This document shows positions 8,889 through 16,900 of a stretch of 33,082 nt of DNA, piece by piece. The DNA lies in NCBI GenBank assembly GCA_964595265.1, contig CAZQPV010000004.1, positions 6,576 to 39,657 on the forward strand. Direction: 5' to 3'. The notes under the pieces were generated by a model that was not told where the DNA came from, ran no database searches, and worked only from the letters and a program-made list of their open reading frames with translations. Positions within the stretch are counted from its first letter, which is position 1, and every line of letters begins with the position of its first letter. A program made the position numbers and the translations under genes. The DNA comes from an uncultured Fimbriimonadales bacterium (GTDB taxonomy: Bacteria > Armatimonadota > Fimbriimonadia > Fimbriimonadales > GBS-DC).

Positions 8889-9730
8889 TATTGACCCCCT
8901 CCGAAAAAGGCGTCCCAGCCGCCTGGTTGCCCCAGCAGTTTGACGATGGGCGCATCAGCGCCGAAAATAGAGGTGAGAACGGCGCCTGTGATGGCAATTA
9001 ACACGAACAGCAGTTTGGCGATATCCTGTCCTACGAGGCTTCCCAGCAGCACGGGCTCGCGGCTGAGGTAGGCGCTGGTCGCGTAAAACTCATCCCCGAT
9101 AATCGTGTAGTCGCATGCCGCAACAAAGAAGGGTACCTGCGTGAAACTAACGGTACCTGCAACCTGAATGGCGCCCACGATATTACCTGTTTCGGCAAAG
9201 ATGAGCGATTCGGCGTAGAATTCGCCAAACATAAAGTTTGCCGCGACGCGCTCGCGCTGAATCAGCCCTGCCACGCCAGAGGCAAAGGCGAACTGACGGT
9301 CGGACAGGAACCGAATCGCGTCGGGGTCGTACAGGTCGGGTCGTCCTGCCTCGTTGTAGGCGTCCTGAATCGCTTCCTGCGCGACAGCGTACACCGTGGC
9401 GTCGCCTGTCAGAAGGCGCATCGGCGTTGCAAAGTGGGCAATCTGTTTAGTGATGTATTTGAAAATGGTGAGCGCCTGCACTGCCACGACGCCGAAGGCG
9501 GTCATGCCGGGGATCATCGTGACGGGGCGCCCCATCTCGGTGGAGCGCCCAATCGCCTCGTCGATGGCGTCCAGCCCAGGAATGCGCCGAATGTAGAGCG
9601 ACGCCCCTGAACGGGCGATAGCGATACTCACCAGCACGGCGGTGGCAATCACCGCAATCAAGATTGCAGCGAACCAGTTGTCCGCCGCATGCTGATATTG
9701 TGCCAGTCCACTAAGCCACAGAGTTTCCAT
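8888..9730 (-). CDS. Membrane-anchored protein, unknown family (operon gene 3)
   Basis: 280 aa. N-terminal TM is WFAAILIAVIATAVLVSIAIA and C-terminal TM is IAKLLFVLIAITGAVLTSIF, with a soluble core between them. SD AAGGAGAA. Confidence 0.7.
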   Translation of the reverse strand: METLWLSGLAQYQHAADNWFAAILIAVIATAVLVSIAIARSGASLYIRRIPGLDAIDEAIGRSTEMGRPVTMIPGMTAFGVVAVQALTIFKYITKQIAHFATPMRLLTGDATVYAVAQEAIQDAYNEAGRPDLYDPDAIRFLSDRQFAFASGVAGLIQRERVAANFMFGEFYAESLIFAETGNIVGAIQVAGTVSFTQVPFFVAACDYTIIGDEFYATSAYLSREPVLLGSLVGQDIAKLLFVLIAITGAVLTSIFGADAPIVKLLGQPGGWDAFFGGGQ

Positions 9731-9736
9731 AGGCGG

Positions 9737-10060
9737 CTATTCTCCTTGCGTTGTGGGGCGGCGTCGAGCGCGGCGCTGTTCTTCTTCCAGCTCTTCGATG
9801 CGCTCGATGAGCCGATCCCAGTTTTCACGCTCGCTCATCAGTTGAGAATACTGGTCAATTTTATCGAAACCGAAGAAGGGCGCCAGAAAGGGGGCAAATG
9901 CCACCGTTGCCTGCGAGCTGAGAAACGCCAGCGGTCGGTGCAGGGTGATCATGAAGACTGCTGGCGCTGCCAGCCCGCGCTTGACCACCTGCTGTGCCAG
10001 CGCGTCAATCAGCTGCGCTTTCTGCTCCTCACTCAAGGGTTCCTTCCAGAATTCACGCAT
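9737..10060 (-). CDS. Small protein with hydrophobic hairpin and charged C-terminal helix (operon gene 2)
   Basis: 107 aa. The start overlaps the upstream gene by 8 nt (ATGCGTGA). SD GAGGTGAG lies 5 nt upstream. The C-terminus is ERIEELEEEQRRARRR. Confidence 0.6.
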   Translation of the reverse strand: MREFWKEPLSEEQKAQLIDALAQQVVKRGLAAPAVFMITLHRPLAFLSSQATVAFAPFLAPFFGFDKIDQYSQLMSERENWDRLIERIEELEEEQRRARRRPTTQGE

Positions 10061-10526
10061 AACGGCTCACCTCGCTATGCTTGCGCTTCTTTCGGGCGGA
10101 CTTGCTCTGGCTCTCCGCCGCGCCGCAATAGGTGCGCACCAGCTGTTCTACCTGCTCACGATGGTCGCCATACCATAAAAAGATACCCCGATAGGCGTCC
10201 AGGCGGCTGGGGCGCGTGAGCGGGCTAAGCAACACGCCATGCTCGCCCCACACAACGCGCTTGACCTGCTCCCAGCGCAGCACGCGCGGCGCCAGACCAC
10301 GCTGGCGAACCTCCTGCGCATCGGCTTCGTAACGCATCGGTAGCAGGTAGTCCGACGTCGCCGAGAAGAGCATCCAGAACGCCGCCAGCCCAAACAGCCA
10401 GTGCCCCATCAGCAGCCCGCCCAGCAGCGGCGCCCCAAAGAGAACCAGCACCACCACGGGCAGGCGCTCCGGCATCTGCCGCGCCAGATGAACCGTCCAG
10501 CGATACGCCAATTGCTCGTCCGTCAT
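10053..10526 (-). CDS. Two-TM protein with C-terminal soluble domain (possibly bacterial PH-like) and basic tail (operon gene 1)
   Basis: 157 aa. A TM hairpin (LPVVVLVLFGAPLLGGLLMGHWLFGLAAFWMLF) is followed by a ~70-aa soluble domain and a KKRKH tail. The SD is weak, so the start is less certain. Confidence 0.55.
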   Translation of the reverse strand: MTDEQLAYRWTVHLARQMPERLPVVVLVLFGAPLLGGLLMGHWLFGLAAFWMLFSATSDYLLPMRYEADAQEVRQRGLAPRVLRWEQVKRVVWGEHGVLLSPLTRPSRLDAYRGIFLWYGDHREQVEQLVRTYCGAAESQSKSARKKRKHSEVSRYA

Positions 10527-10596
10527 GCGTTGCGCCTGTAGATTCGTGCCTGCCCCCTATATTCCTGCTACTTTCTCGCAAAACCGCCCCATGAGG

Positions 10597-10602
10597 TACA
10601 AT
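10597..10602 (+). promoter_or_regulatory. -10 element (GGTACAAT) for the mqn gene
   Basis: gaGGTACAATtcg lies 27 nt upstream of the ATG at 10629, with SD GGAGG at 10612-10616 in between. It is in the divergent intergenic region. Confidence 0.45.
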
Positions 10603-10628
10603 TCGCGCTACGGAGGACTATCCCAACG

Positions 10629-11723
10629 ATGTTGAAAACGCCTATCCAAACCGAGTGCGCCCGCTTCGAAGCGATAGCAGAGAAGGTGCTGGCAGGCGAA
10701 CGCCTTTCATTTGAAGAGGGCTTGACGCTGTTTCATCACCCCAATCTCCCTGAACTGGGCGCGTTAGCCCACCTCGTGCGTATGCGCAAAAACCCCCAGC
10801 CCTATGTAACCTATGTGATTGGGCGCATCATCAACTACACCAATGTGTGCTGGGTGCGATGCAAGTTTTGCGCCTTCTATCGCCCGCCAGGCAATCCTGA
10901 AGGCTATCTGCTTTCGGATGAGGCGATTCTGCAGAAAATCGATGAGCTGGTGCAACAGGGCGGCACGGAGGCGCTCATTCAGGGCGGCTTGAACCCCAAA
11001 CTGAAAATAGACTATTTTGAGAATCTGTTCCGCTTGATAAAGAAGCACTATCCGCAGGTGATTATTCACGGCTTGTCGCCCGCGGAGATTTTGTATATCG
11101 CGCACATCTCGCGCCTGAGCGTGCGCGATTGCTTGATTCGCCTGCGTGAAGCGGGGCTGAACTCGGTGCCGGGCGCAGGAGGCGAGATTCTGGTAGACCG
11201 CGTGCGCCAGCAGATTGCCCGCTTCAAAGACACCACGCAGGAGTGGCTGGACTTCATGCGCACCGTGCATGAGCTGGGCATGAAAAGCACCGCCAGCATG
11301 ATGTACGGGCATGTGGAGACGCTCGAAGACCGCGTGGAACATCTGATACGCCTGCGCGCGCTGCAGGATGAGACGGGCGGCTTCACGGCGTTTATCTGCT
11401 GGAACTTCCAGCCCGAAGGTACCGAACTGGCACACCTTCCCAAAGCCACCGCCGCGGACTACCTGCGCACGGTCGCCGTCTCTCGTCTGATGCTGGACAA
11501 CTTCGACCATCTGCAGGCAAGTATTCTCACCCAGGGTCCCAAAATCGCCCAGATTGCCCTGCGCTACGGCGTGGACGACATGGGATCCACGATGATAGAG
11601 GAGAATGTGGTCTCAGCGCAGGGGTCCAAGTTTATCCTGAGCGCGCGTGAGATTGAGCGTGTGATTACAGGCGCAGGTTTTATTCCGAAGCGGCGCAATA
11701 CCCGTTATGAGATTCTGGACTGA
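10629..11723 (+). CDS. mqnC: Radical-SAM menaquinone biosynthesis enzyme, futalosine pathway (MqnC/MqnE family; MqnC-like)
   Basis: Cluster motif NYTNVCWVRCKFCAFY (CX3CX2C). The N-terminus AEKVLAGERLSFEEGLTLF and the C-terminal MIEENVVSAQG ... GFIPKRRNTRYE are typical of the MqnC/MqnE/CofH clade. I cannot separate MqnC from MqnE with certainty by eye. Confidence 0.6.
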   Translation: MLKTPIQTECARFEAIAEKVLAGERLSFEEGLTLFHHPNLPELGALAHLVRMRKNPQPYVTYVIGRIINYTNVCWVRCKFCAFYRPPGNPEGYLLSDEAILQKIDELVQQGGTEALIQGGLNPKLKIDYFENLFRLIKKHYPQVIIHGLSPAEILYIAHISRLSVRDCLIRLREAGLNSVPGAGGEILVDRVRQQIARFKDTTQEWLDFMRTVHELGMKSTASMMYGHVETLEDRVEHLIRLRALQDETGGFTAFICWNFQPEGTELAHLPKATAADYLRTVAVSRLMLDNFDHLQASILTQGPKIAQIALRYGVDDMGSTMIEENVVSAQGSKFILSAREIERVITGAGFIPKRRNTRYEILD

Positions 11724-11725
11724 GC

Positions 11726-12517
11726 TCACGCTTTCTGCTGGAACCGCTGGCGTCGCTTTTTGGCAATCCGCGCCACCAGGAAGATGCTCAAAAAGTAGAG
11801 GAACACCATCGGGATGCCGATGGCCAGCATCGAGAAGGCATCCCCAGAGGGCGTGATGAGCGCCGCGAGCGCGACAATCCCGATTACGGCGTAGCGCCAT
11901 GAGCGCCACATATTTTCGGGTGTGGCGATTCCCACCTGCGCCAGGAACATCAGCACAATCGGCATCTGGAACCCCAGCCCGAAGGCGAACATCATCTTCA
12001 CCACGAACAGCACATACTGGGCGGGGTTCTGATACAGCACGGCGTTGGGGTAGTCCTGCAGGTAGCTCAGGAAGAAGGTGAAGGCAGCGGGCAGAATGAA
12101 GTAGCCCAGCGCCACGCCGAAGAAGAACAGAAACGCGCTGAAGGGCGCCACAAACAACACGGCGCGTCGCTCGGCGCGGGTCAAGCCTGGCGCAATAAAG
12201 CCCCACACTTCACGCATCACCAGCGGGATCGCCAGAATCAGCCCGATAATCAGCGAGAGCTTGAACTTGAGGAAAAAAGGCTCGGTGGCGTGGGTGAACA
12301 CAAACTGGGTGCCTTTGGGCTGGGTTTTCAGCAGCGGTTGCGCCAGAAAGTCGTACACATACGGCTCAATGGCGAACCCGACGACCCAGCCCAGCATGAT
12401 GTAAAGGAGCGCCCGGAAGATGCGCTTGCGCAGCTCTTCCAGGTGCTCCATAAAGGTTGCCTTCGGTTCCTCATCGGTGCGCTCAGGCGGTGTTTTCAAT
12501 CCTGCAGGCGAAGTCAT
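11726..12517 (-). CDS. tatC: Twin-arginine translocase subunit TatC
   Basis: FMEHLEELRKRIFRALLYI is the TatC N-terminal signature, followed by six hydrophobic helices. The alternative start is the ATG at 12451. The stop lies 2 nt from the convergent mqn stop. Confidence 0.85.
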   Translation of the reverse strand: MTSPAGLKTPPERTDEEPKATFMEHLEELRKRIFRALLYIMLGWVVGFAIEPYVYDFLAQPLLKTQPKGTQFVFTHATEPFFLKFKLSLIIGLILAIPLVMREVWGFIAPGLTRAERRAVLFVAPFSAFLFFFGVALGYFILPAAFTFFLSYLQDYPNAVLYQNPAQYVLFVVKMMFAFGLGFQMPIVLMFLAQVGIATPENMWRSWRYAVIGIVALAALITPSGDAFSMLAIGIPMVFLYFLSIFLVARIAKKRRQRFQQKA

Positions 12518-12520
12518 CGG

Positions 12521-13867
12521 TTAGAGAATTTTGTCCAGCACCATGTCCATGTTGACGGTGATGCGGTTGATGGTGGTGCGTGGCGCTCCACTCTGTGCGC
12601 CGCCGGCTCCGCCGGGCATACCGGGCGCGCCGCCGGGCAGTCCCAGCCCGCCGCCGCGCGGTCCGCGTGCGCCGCGTCCGCCAATCATGCCACCCTCATC
12701 TTCCTCACCGCCAGCAAAGCCGCCGCGTCCGCCCATCGGGGGCGCGCCGCCTCCCATAAAGCCGCCGCTTGCCCCCTGCTGCTCGCGCTGGGTCGTTTCA
12801 ATCTCAATCGTGGTACGCTGACGCACAATCTGCCCAATATCGTAGGCGAAGTAGGTCTCCCGTCGGAACTTGACTTTGGCTTTTTCGAGTTTGACGCCAC
12901 CCAGATCCAGCTCGCCTGGCAGATTGCCCGTGAACTCATAGACAATCTTGGCGCATTTGTAGCCGCGCTCCCACTCGAATCGCTCCAGTCGCGCTGCCGC
13001 GGGAATCTGTCCTTCCGCCACTTTCGAAATATCGCCAGAACGCAGCGGGTTGCCCAGTGTGATGACTCCCGTCCAGCGATCGCCCGGCTTGAGCGGCTTG
13101 GGCGGAATGACGGCGAGGTCGCCCACCCAGTAGTAATAGATGCCATACTGGAGTTGCTCTCCCAGCCGTGCGTTCTGATACAGCACACGCCCTGTCGGCT
13201 CCACCTCTTGATAAACGGGCGCGAAGTTGTTGACTGTCAGCACCTCGTACTGCCCTGGCGATCCCTGAATCGCAGGTGGGTTCACAATCCACGAAATCAA
13301 GCCCAATCCGTTGCGCCAGTCCAGCACATTCAGGTCGCCTTTGAAGCGCACTTCGATAAGGATGTTTTCTTCGGGTGTCAGCCCAGAATACTGGATTTCG
13401 GTGCTTTCCTTGGCGACATAAAAGAGATTGTAGCGCACAGTTTTTCCGGGGGGCAGCCAGCGATACTGCAATCGGATTCCGCCTGCTGGCGGCTTTATTT
13501 CGTTCTCCACAATTACCCGCACGGCGCTGCGCGCCAGCACACGCGGATTGCCCCCCTCGGTACCGGAATAGAGTGTCAGCTCAATCGTGTGCTGTCCGTC
13601 GGGCACATTGCGCGCTTTGGTATCCCACTCATAGATATAGTGCCCCTTCTCACGATCGGAGCGCAGCACCGCGGGCGCTACCGCCTCGACAAACTTACCA
13701 TCGATACTGACCCCAATAAAGCCGCCCTGCGGCACGCTGCGGATGGGGAAGCGCACCTGTACCGTTTCCCGCACGCGCGCACCGTCCAGCGGGCGCACAA
13801 TTGTGAACGGTGCCTGCGCCCACGCCACACCGAAGATGAGCCATAACCCGATTATCAAGCGGTTCAT
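12521..13867 (-). CDS. Secreted protein of unknown function with Ig-like N-domain and 70-aa Gly-rich C-terminal insert
   Basis: I chose the ATG at 13867 because GGAGGAGAAG lies upstream and it yields the signal peptide MNRLIIGLWLIFGVAWAQA/P; the ORF-track start at 14053 adds 62 aa with no signal or SD. The Gly-rich segment (GGFMGGGAPPMGGRGGFAGG...GGAGGAQSG) maps to 12578-12787. The stop lies 3 nt upstream of the tatC start. Confidence 0.7.
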   Translation of the reverse strand: MNRLIIGLWLIFGVAWAQAPFTIVRPLDGARVRETVQVRFPIRSVPQGGFIGVSIDGKFVEAVAPAVLRSDREKGHYIYEWDTKARNVPDGQHTIELTLYSGTEGGNPRVLARSAVRVIVENEIKPPAGGIRLQYRWLPPGKTVRYNLFYVAKESTEIQYSGLTPEENILIEVRFKGDLNVLDWRNGLGLISWIVNPPAIQGSPGQYEVLTVNNFAPVYQEVEPTGRVLYQNARLGEQLQYGIYYYWVGDLAVIPPKPLKPGDRWTGVITLGNPLRSGDISKVAEGQIPAAARLERFEWERGYKCAKIVYEFTGNLPGELDLGGVKLEKAKVKFRRETYFAYDIGQIVRQRTTIEIETTQREQQGASGGFMGGGAPPMGGRGGFAGGEEDEGGMIGGRGARGPRGGGLGLPGGAPGMPGGAGGAQSGAPRTTINRITVNMDMVLDKIL

Positions 13868-13891
13868 CTGTTCTTCTCCTCCACAACAGGG

Positions 13892-13897
13892 ATTGTA
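13892..13897 (-). promoter_or_regulatory. -10 element (GGGTACAAT on minus strand) for the 13867 gene
   Basis: The minus strand reads gataGGGTACAATccctgttgtGGAGGAGaagaacagATG. Confidence 0.45.
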
Positions 13898-13958
13898 CCC
13901 TATCTGACTCCTCAGTTCGCCCAATGGCTCGGATTTCCTGCCACCTGGCAAGGTGGTG

Positions 13959-13964
13959 TATAAT
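13959..13964 (+). promoter_or_regulatory. -10 element (TATAAT) placed 6 nt before the amylase ATG (leaderless arrangement)
   Basis: In gtgTATAATacctgtATG the hexamer ends at 13964 and the ATG starts at 13971. No SD precedes either candidate start. Confidence 0.45.
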
Positions 13965-13970
13965 ACCTGT

Positions 13971-16900
13971 ATGCGACGCATCAGCACGCTTTTTATGCTG
14001 ACCTGGGCTCTGATTGCCACCGCCACCGCGCAGCTTACATGGGTGGGCAACACACGCCTCTACATGACAGGCTATGGACAACTTCCCTCCCGATTGGGCA
14101 TGATGGAACCATGGCAGACCCTCACCATCACGACCCAGACCGCCCCGATTGCCCCCGGACAGCGCGTGGTTGCCGTCGTAACAACAGATGACTGGCGCAC
14201 TACGCGAGAATACGATTTCTCATTTGACTTCAACACAGGAAGCAGTACCCAGTGGTACTGCGTGCTGGGACCGTTCCTGGCAGGCACTTATGTTCAGTTC
14301 TACATTCGGGCGCATGGCGGCAACGGCGAAGTGTTGTACGACAATAACGCCAGCAGCAACTACAGCGTGTGGGTGCGTCATGCACCGCCCCTGAAAGAGA
14401 CGCCCATCCTGCAGTGGTTCCAGACCGACTATCGCACGATTATGCAGCGGCTCCCTGAAGTGGTGATGGCGGGCTATGGCGCCCTCTATCTGCCCTCGCC
14501 CGTGAAATCAGGCGGAGGAGGCTTCAGCACAGGCTATAACCCATTTGACCCCTTTGACCTGGGCGACCGCCTGCAGAAGGGAACCGTGCGCACGCAGTAC
14601 GGCTCCACACAGGAGCTGATGGAGCTGATCCAGCTGGCGCACCGTTTCGGGATTGAGGTGTATTGCGATCTGGTAACGAATCACGCCGATAATCGCGCCA
14701 GCACGCCCATTGACCGCTACCCTGCCTTTATTCCCGAGGACTTTCACATTCGCTCCACGGCTGACCCCACCAATAATGAAGTGGATTTCAACAATGTGCC
14801 GCCTTTTGGGTTCGGCACGCTCAACTACGATGTGGTGGGGCTGGCAGACTATGCGCATGAGGACGGCAACAACACCCGCACGGGCGCGTTTAATTTGCCC
14901 AGCTATGCCCAGTTCAACGCCTACGGCAAGCCCTCCTTCGTGCGCCACCCGAATAACCCGCATTACTACTCCAACGGTACGCCCGTATCAGAAGACATCC
15001 GCCAGCTGCTCAAGCGCTGGGCGTGGTTTTTGACCACCGTAATCGGTTTTGACGGCTATCGCATCGACGCAGTGCGCCACACACCGCCGGGCTTTTTCGG
15101 GCGCACACCCCAGCAACCGGGCGGCATCGTCAGCGAGGGCGACCTGATTCCCTACCTCTACTCTCTGAACCCGAACCTCACGATTTTCGGCGAGGTCTAC
15201 TCCAGCAACAGCTGGGAACTGCGTGAATACGCCAAGACGGGGATGAATCTGATCGATTTCCCGATGAAATTCATGGCGAACAACCTTTTCAACTCAAACG
15301 GCTATGGCGATCTGGGGGCGAGTCTCAGCAACGGCTTTGGCACCGACCCCAGCACGGGATTGCCCTACGAGCTGGGCGGGCTGGCGAGCTATCTGGGGAT
15401 TGGCTTCGTGCAGAGCCATGACGATGGACCGCCGCGTTCCAACAATCTGGCGCATGCGTGGTTGCTAACGCGCCCCGGACGCCCCAAAATCTATTACGAC
15501 GGCAACAACATTGACCCCAACGATTGGAGCCACTTCCCCAAGCCGGGGCGCTATAACGCGCTGGGCAACGGCGACGAGACGCTCCTGAAACTGCTGGATG
15601 TGCGCAAGCGGTTCGCGCGGGGGCGGCTGGTCAACCGCTGGGTGAGCCAAAACCTCTATATCTACGAGCGTCAGGTGAACGGCTACAGCGTGCTGCTGGT
15701 GGGGCTGAACAATCGCGGCGATTTGACCCCCCTCACGGCGACGGTTCAGACCGCCTTCGCGCCCGGTACGGTGCTGTACGACTATTCAGGTCAGCGCCCG
15801 CCTGTTACGGTGGACTCAAACGGCAGAGTCACGATTACGGTTCCGCCCAACTCTACGCCGACGAACGACAACAACGCCTACGGCTATGTGCTGTACGCGC
15901 CGCGCACGCCAAACCCCCTGTCCGAGGTGCCGCCTATCCAGTTTCTCGATTCGCATGGCAACCCCATCCCGTTTGAAACCGTTCCGACTCCGGGCGGCGT
16001 GTATGCCAGCGGGCGCAGCTTTCAGGCAGTAACGCTCACCACACCGCTCGTGTCGCTCCGTGTGCGCACCGATGTGTTCGGCGCCAGCGCGTACTTCAAG
16101 ATTGACAACGGTGTTGCCCTGCCCGGCTTGACCCCCCTGCAAAGCACCCCCGAAGGGCTGAAGGACGGCTTCATCCCCATGGCGCGTATCGCCGACGGGC
16201 ACTTTGAGCAACACGGACTGGACTTGAGCAGGCTGCCCGCAGGGCTGCATGTCGTGCGGGTGCGGGTGTTTATGAACACGCCTGCAGGACGCCCTGAACT
16301 GTTCAACGAGTTTTTCGCCTTCTTCTATCTCAAGCCACGCGAGGGGGCGATTGTGGTAGACGGTGACCTGAGCGACTTGGGGACGCCGATTGCCACTCAG
16401 ACCCGAACGCCCAGCTCCAGTCTGAACCGACTGGACGCGCTCTATGTGCGCAACGATCACCGTAATCTCTATATCGGGATTGCGGGGCGCGTGGACACGA
16501 CGGAGAATCAGACTTACGGCGTCGCGCTGTTTCTGGATGTGGATTACGGGCGCGGCACGGGGCTACGCGCTCTGGAGCCGCTGGCTGACGACAGCGGTCC
16601 TGCCCCGCGCCTGATTTCGAACCAGCGCCTTACCGCGCCCGAGGGGTTCGGAGCCGATTTCGCCGTCGGCGTGTTCCGCCATCGGGGATTGCACAGCGCG
16701 CCCGAAGCGCCCTTCACGGGCGACGCACGACTGCCTTATGCGGTCGGCGCGGAAGCGGGCGCGTATCGCTTGGACCCCACACGCCTCAACTGGCTGGAGG
16801 GAATCCCCGCGCAGATTACATGGCGTCCCCGCTTGAACGCCACAGACCTGCCCACAGGCCTGGAGATTGCCATCCCGCTGGACGCGCTCTACGCGAACCA

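Noticed and set aside
12531-12821. Pro-rich 96-aa plus-strand ORF (PPAPPGIPGAPPGSPSPPPRGPRAP...)
   Set aside because: It is the mirror image of the Gly-rich coding segment on the minus strand (GGN read as NCC). It is not an independent gene.
12290-13846. 518-aa plus-strand ORF
   Set aside because: It is an antisense shadow of the minus-strand secreted-protein gene in GC-rich DNA. The translation is Arg/Ala/Gly/His-rich with no SD, whereas the minus-strand ORF has a strong SD, a signal peptide and a globular-looking sequence.
13868-14053. N-terminal extensions suggested by the ORF track (14053 for the secreted protein, 13953 amylase, 1982 rhodanese, 24345 rhodanese, 27085 paralogue, 30790 DUF1573 protein, 23195 small protein)
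   Set aside because: In each case an internal ATG has a well-spaced GGAGG-type SD and/or opens directly into a signal peptide. The extended versions would run through the inferred promoters.
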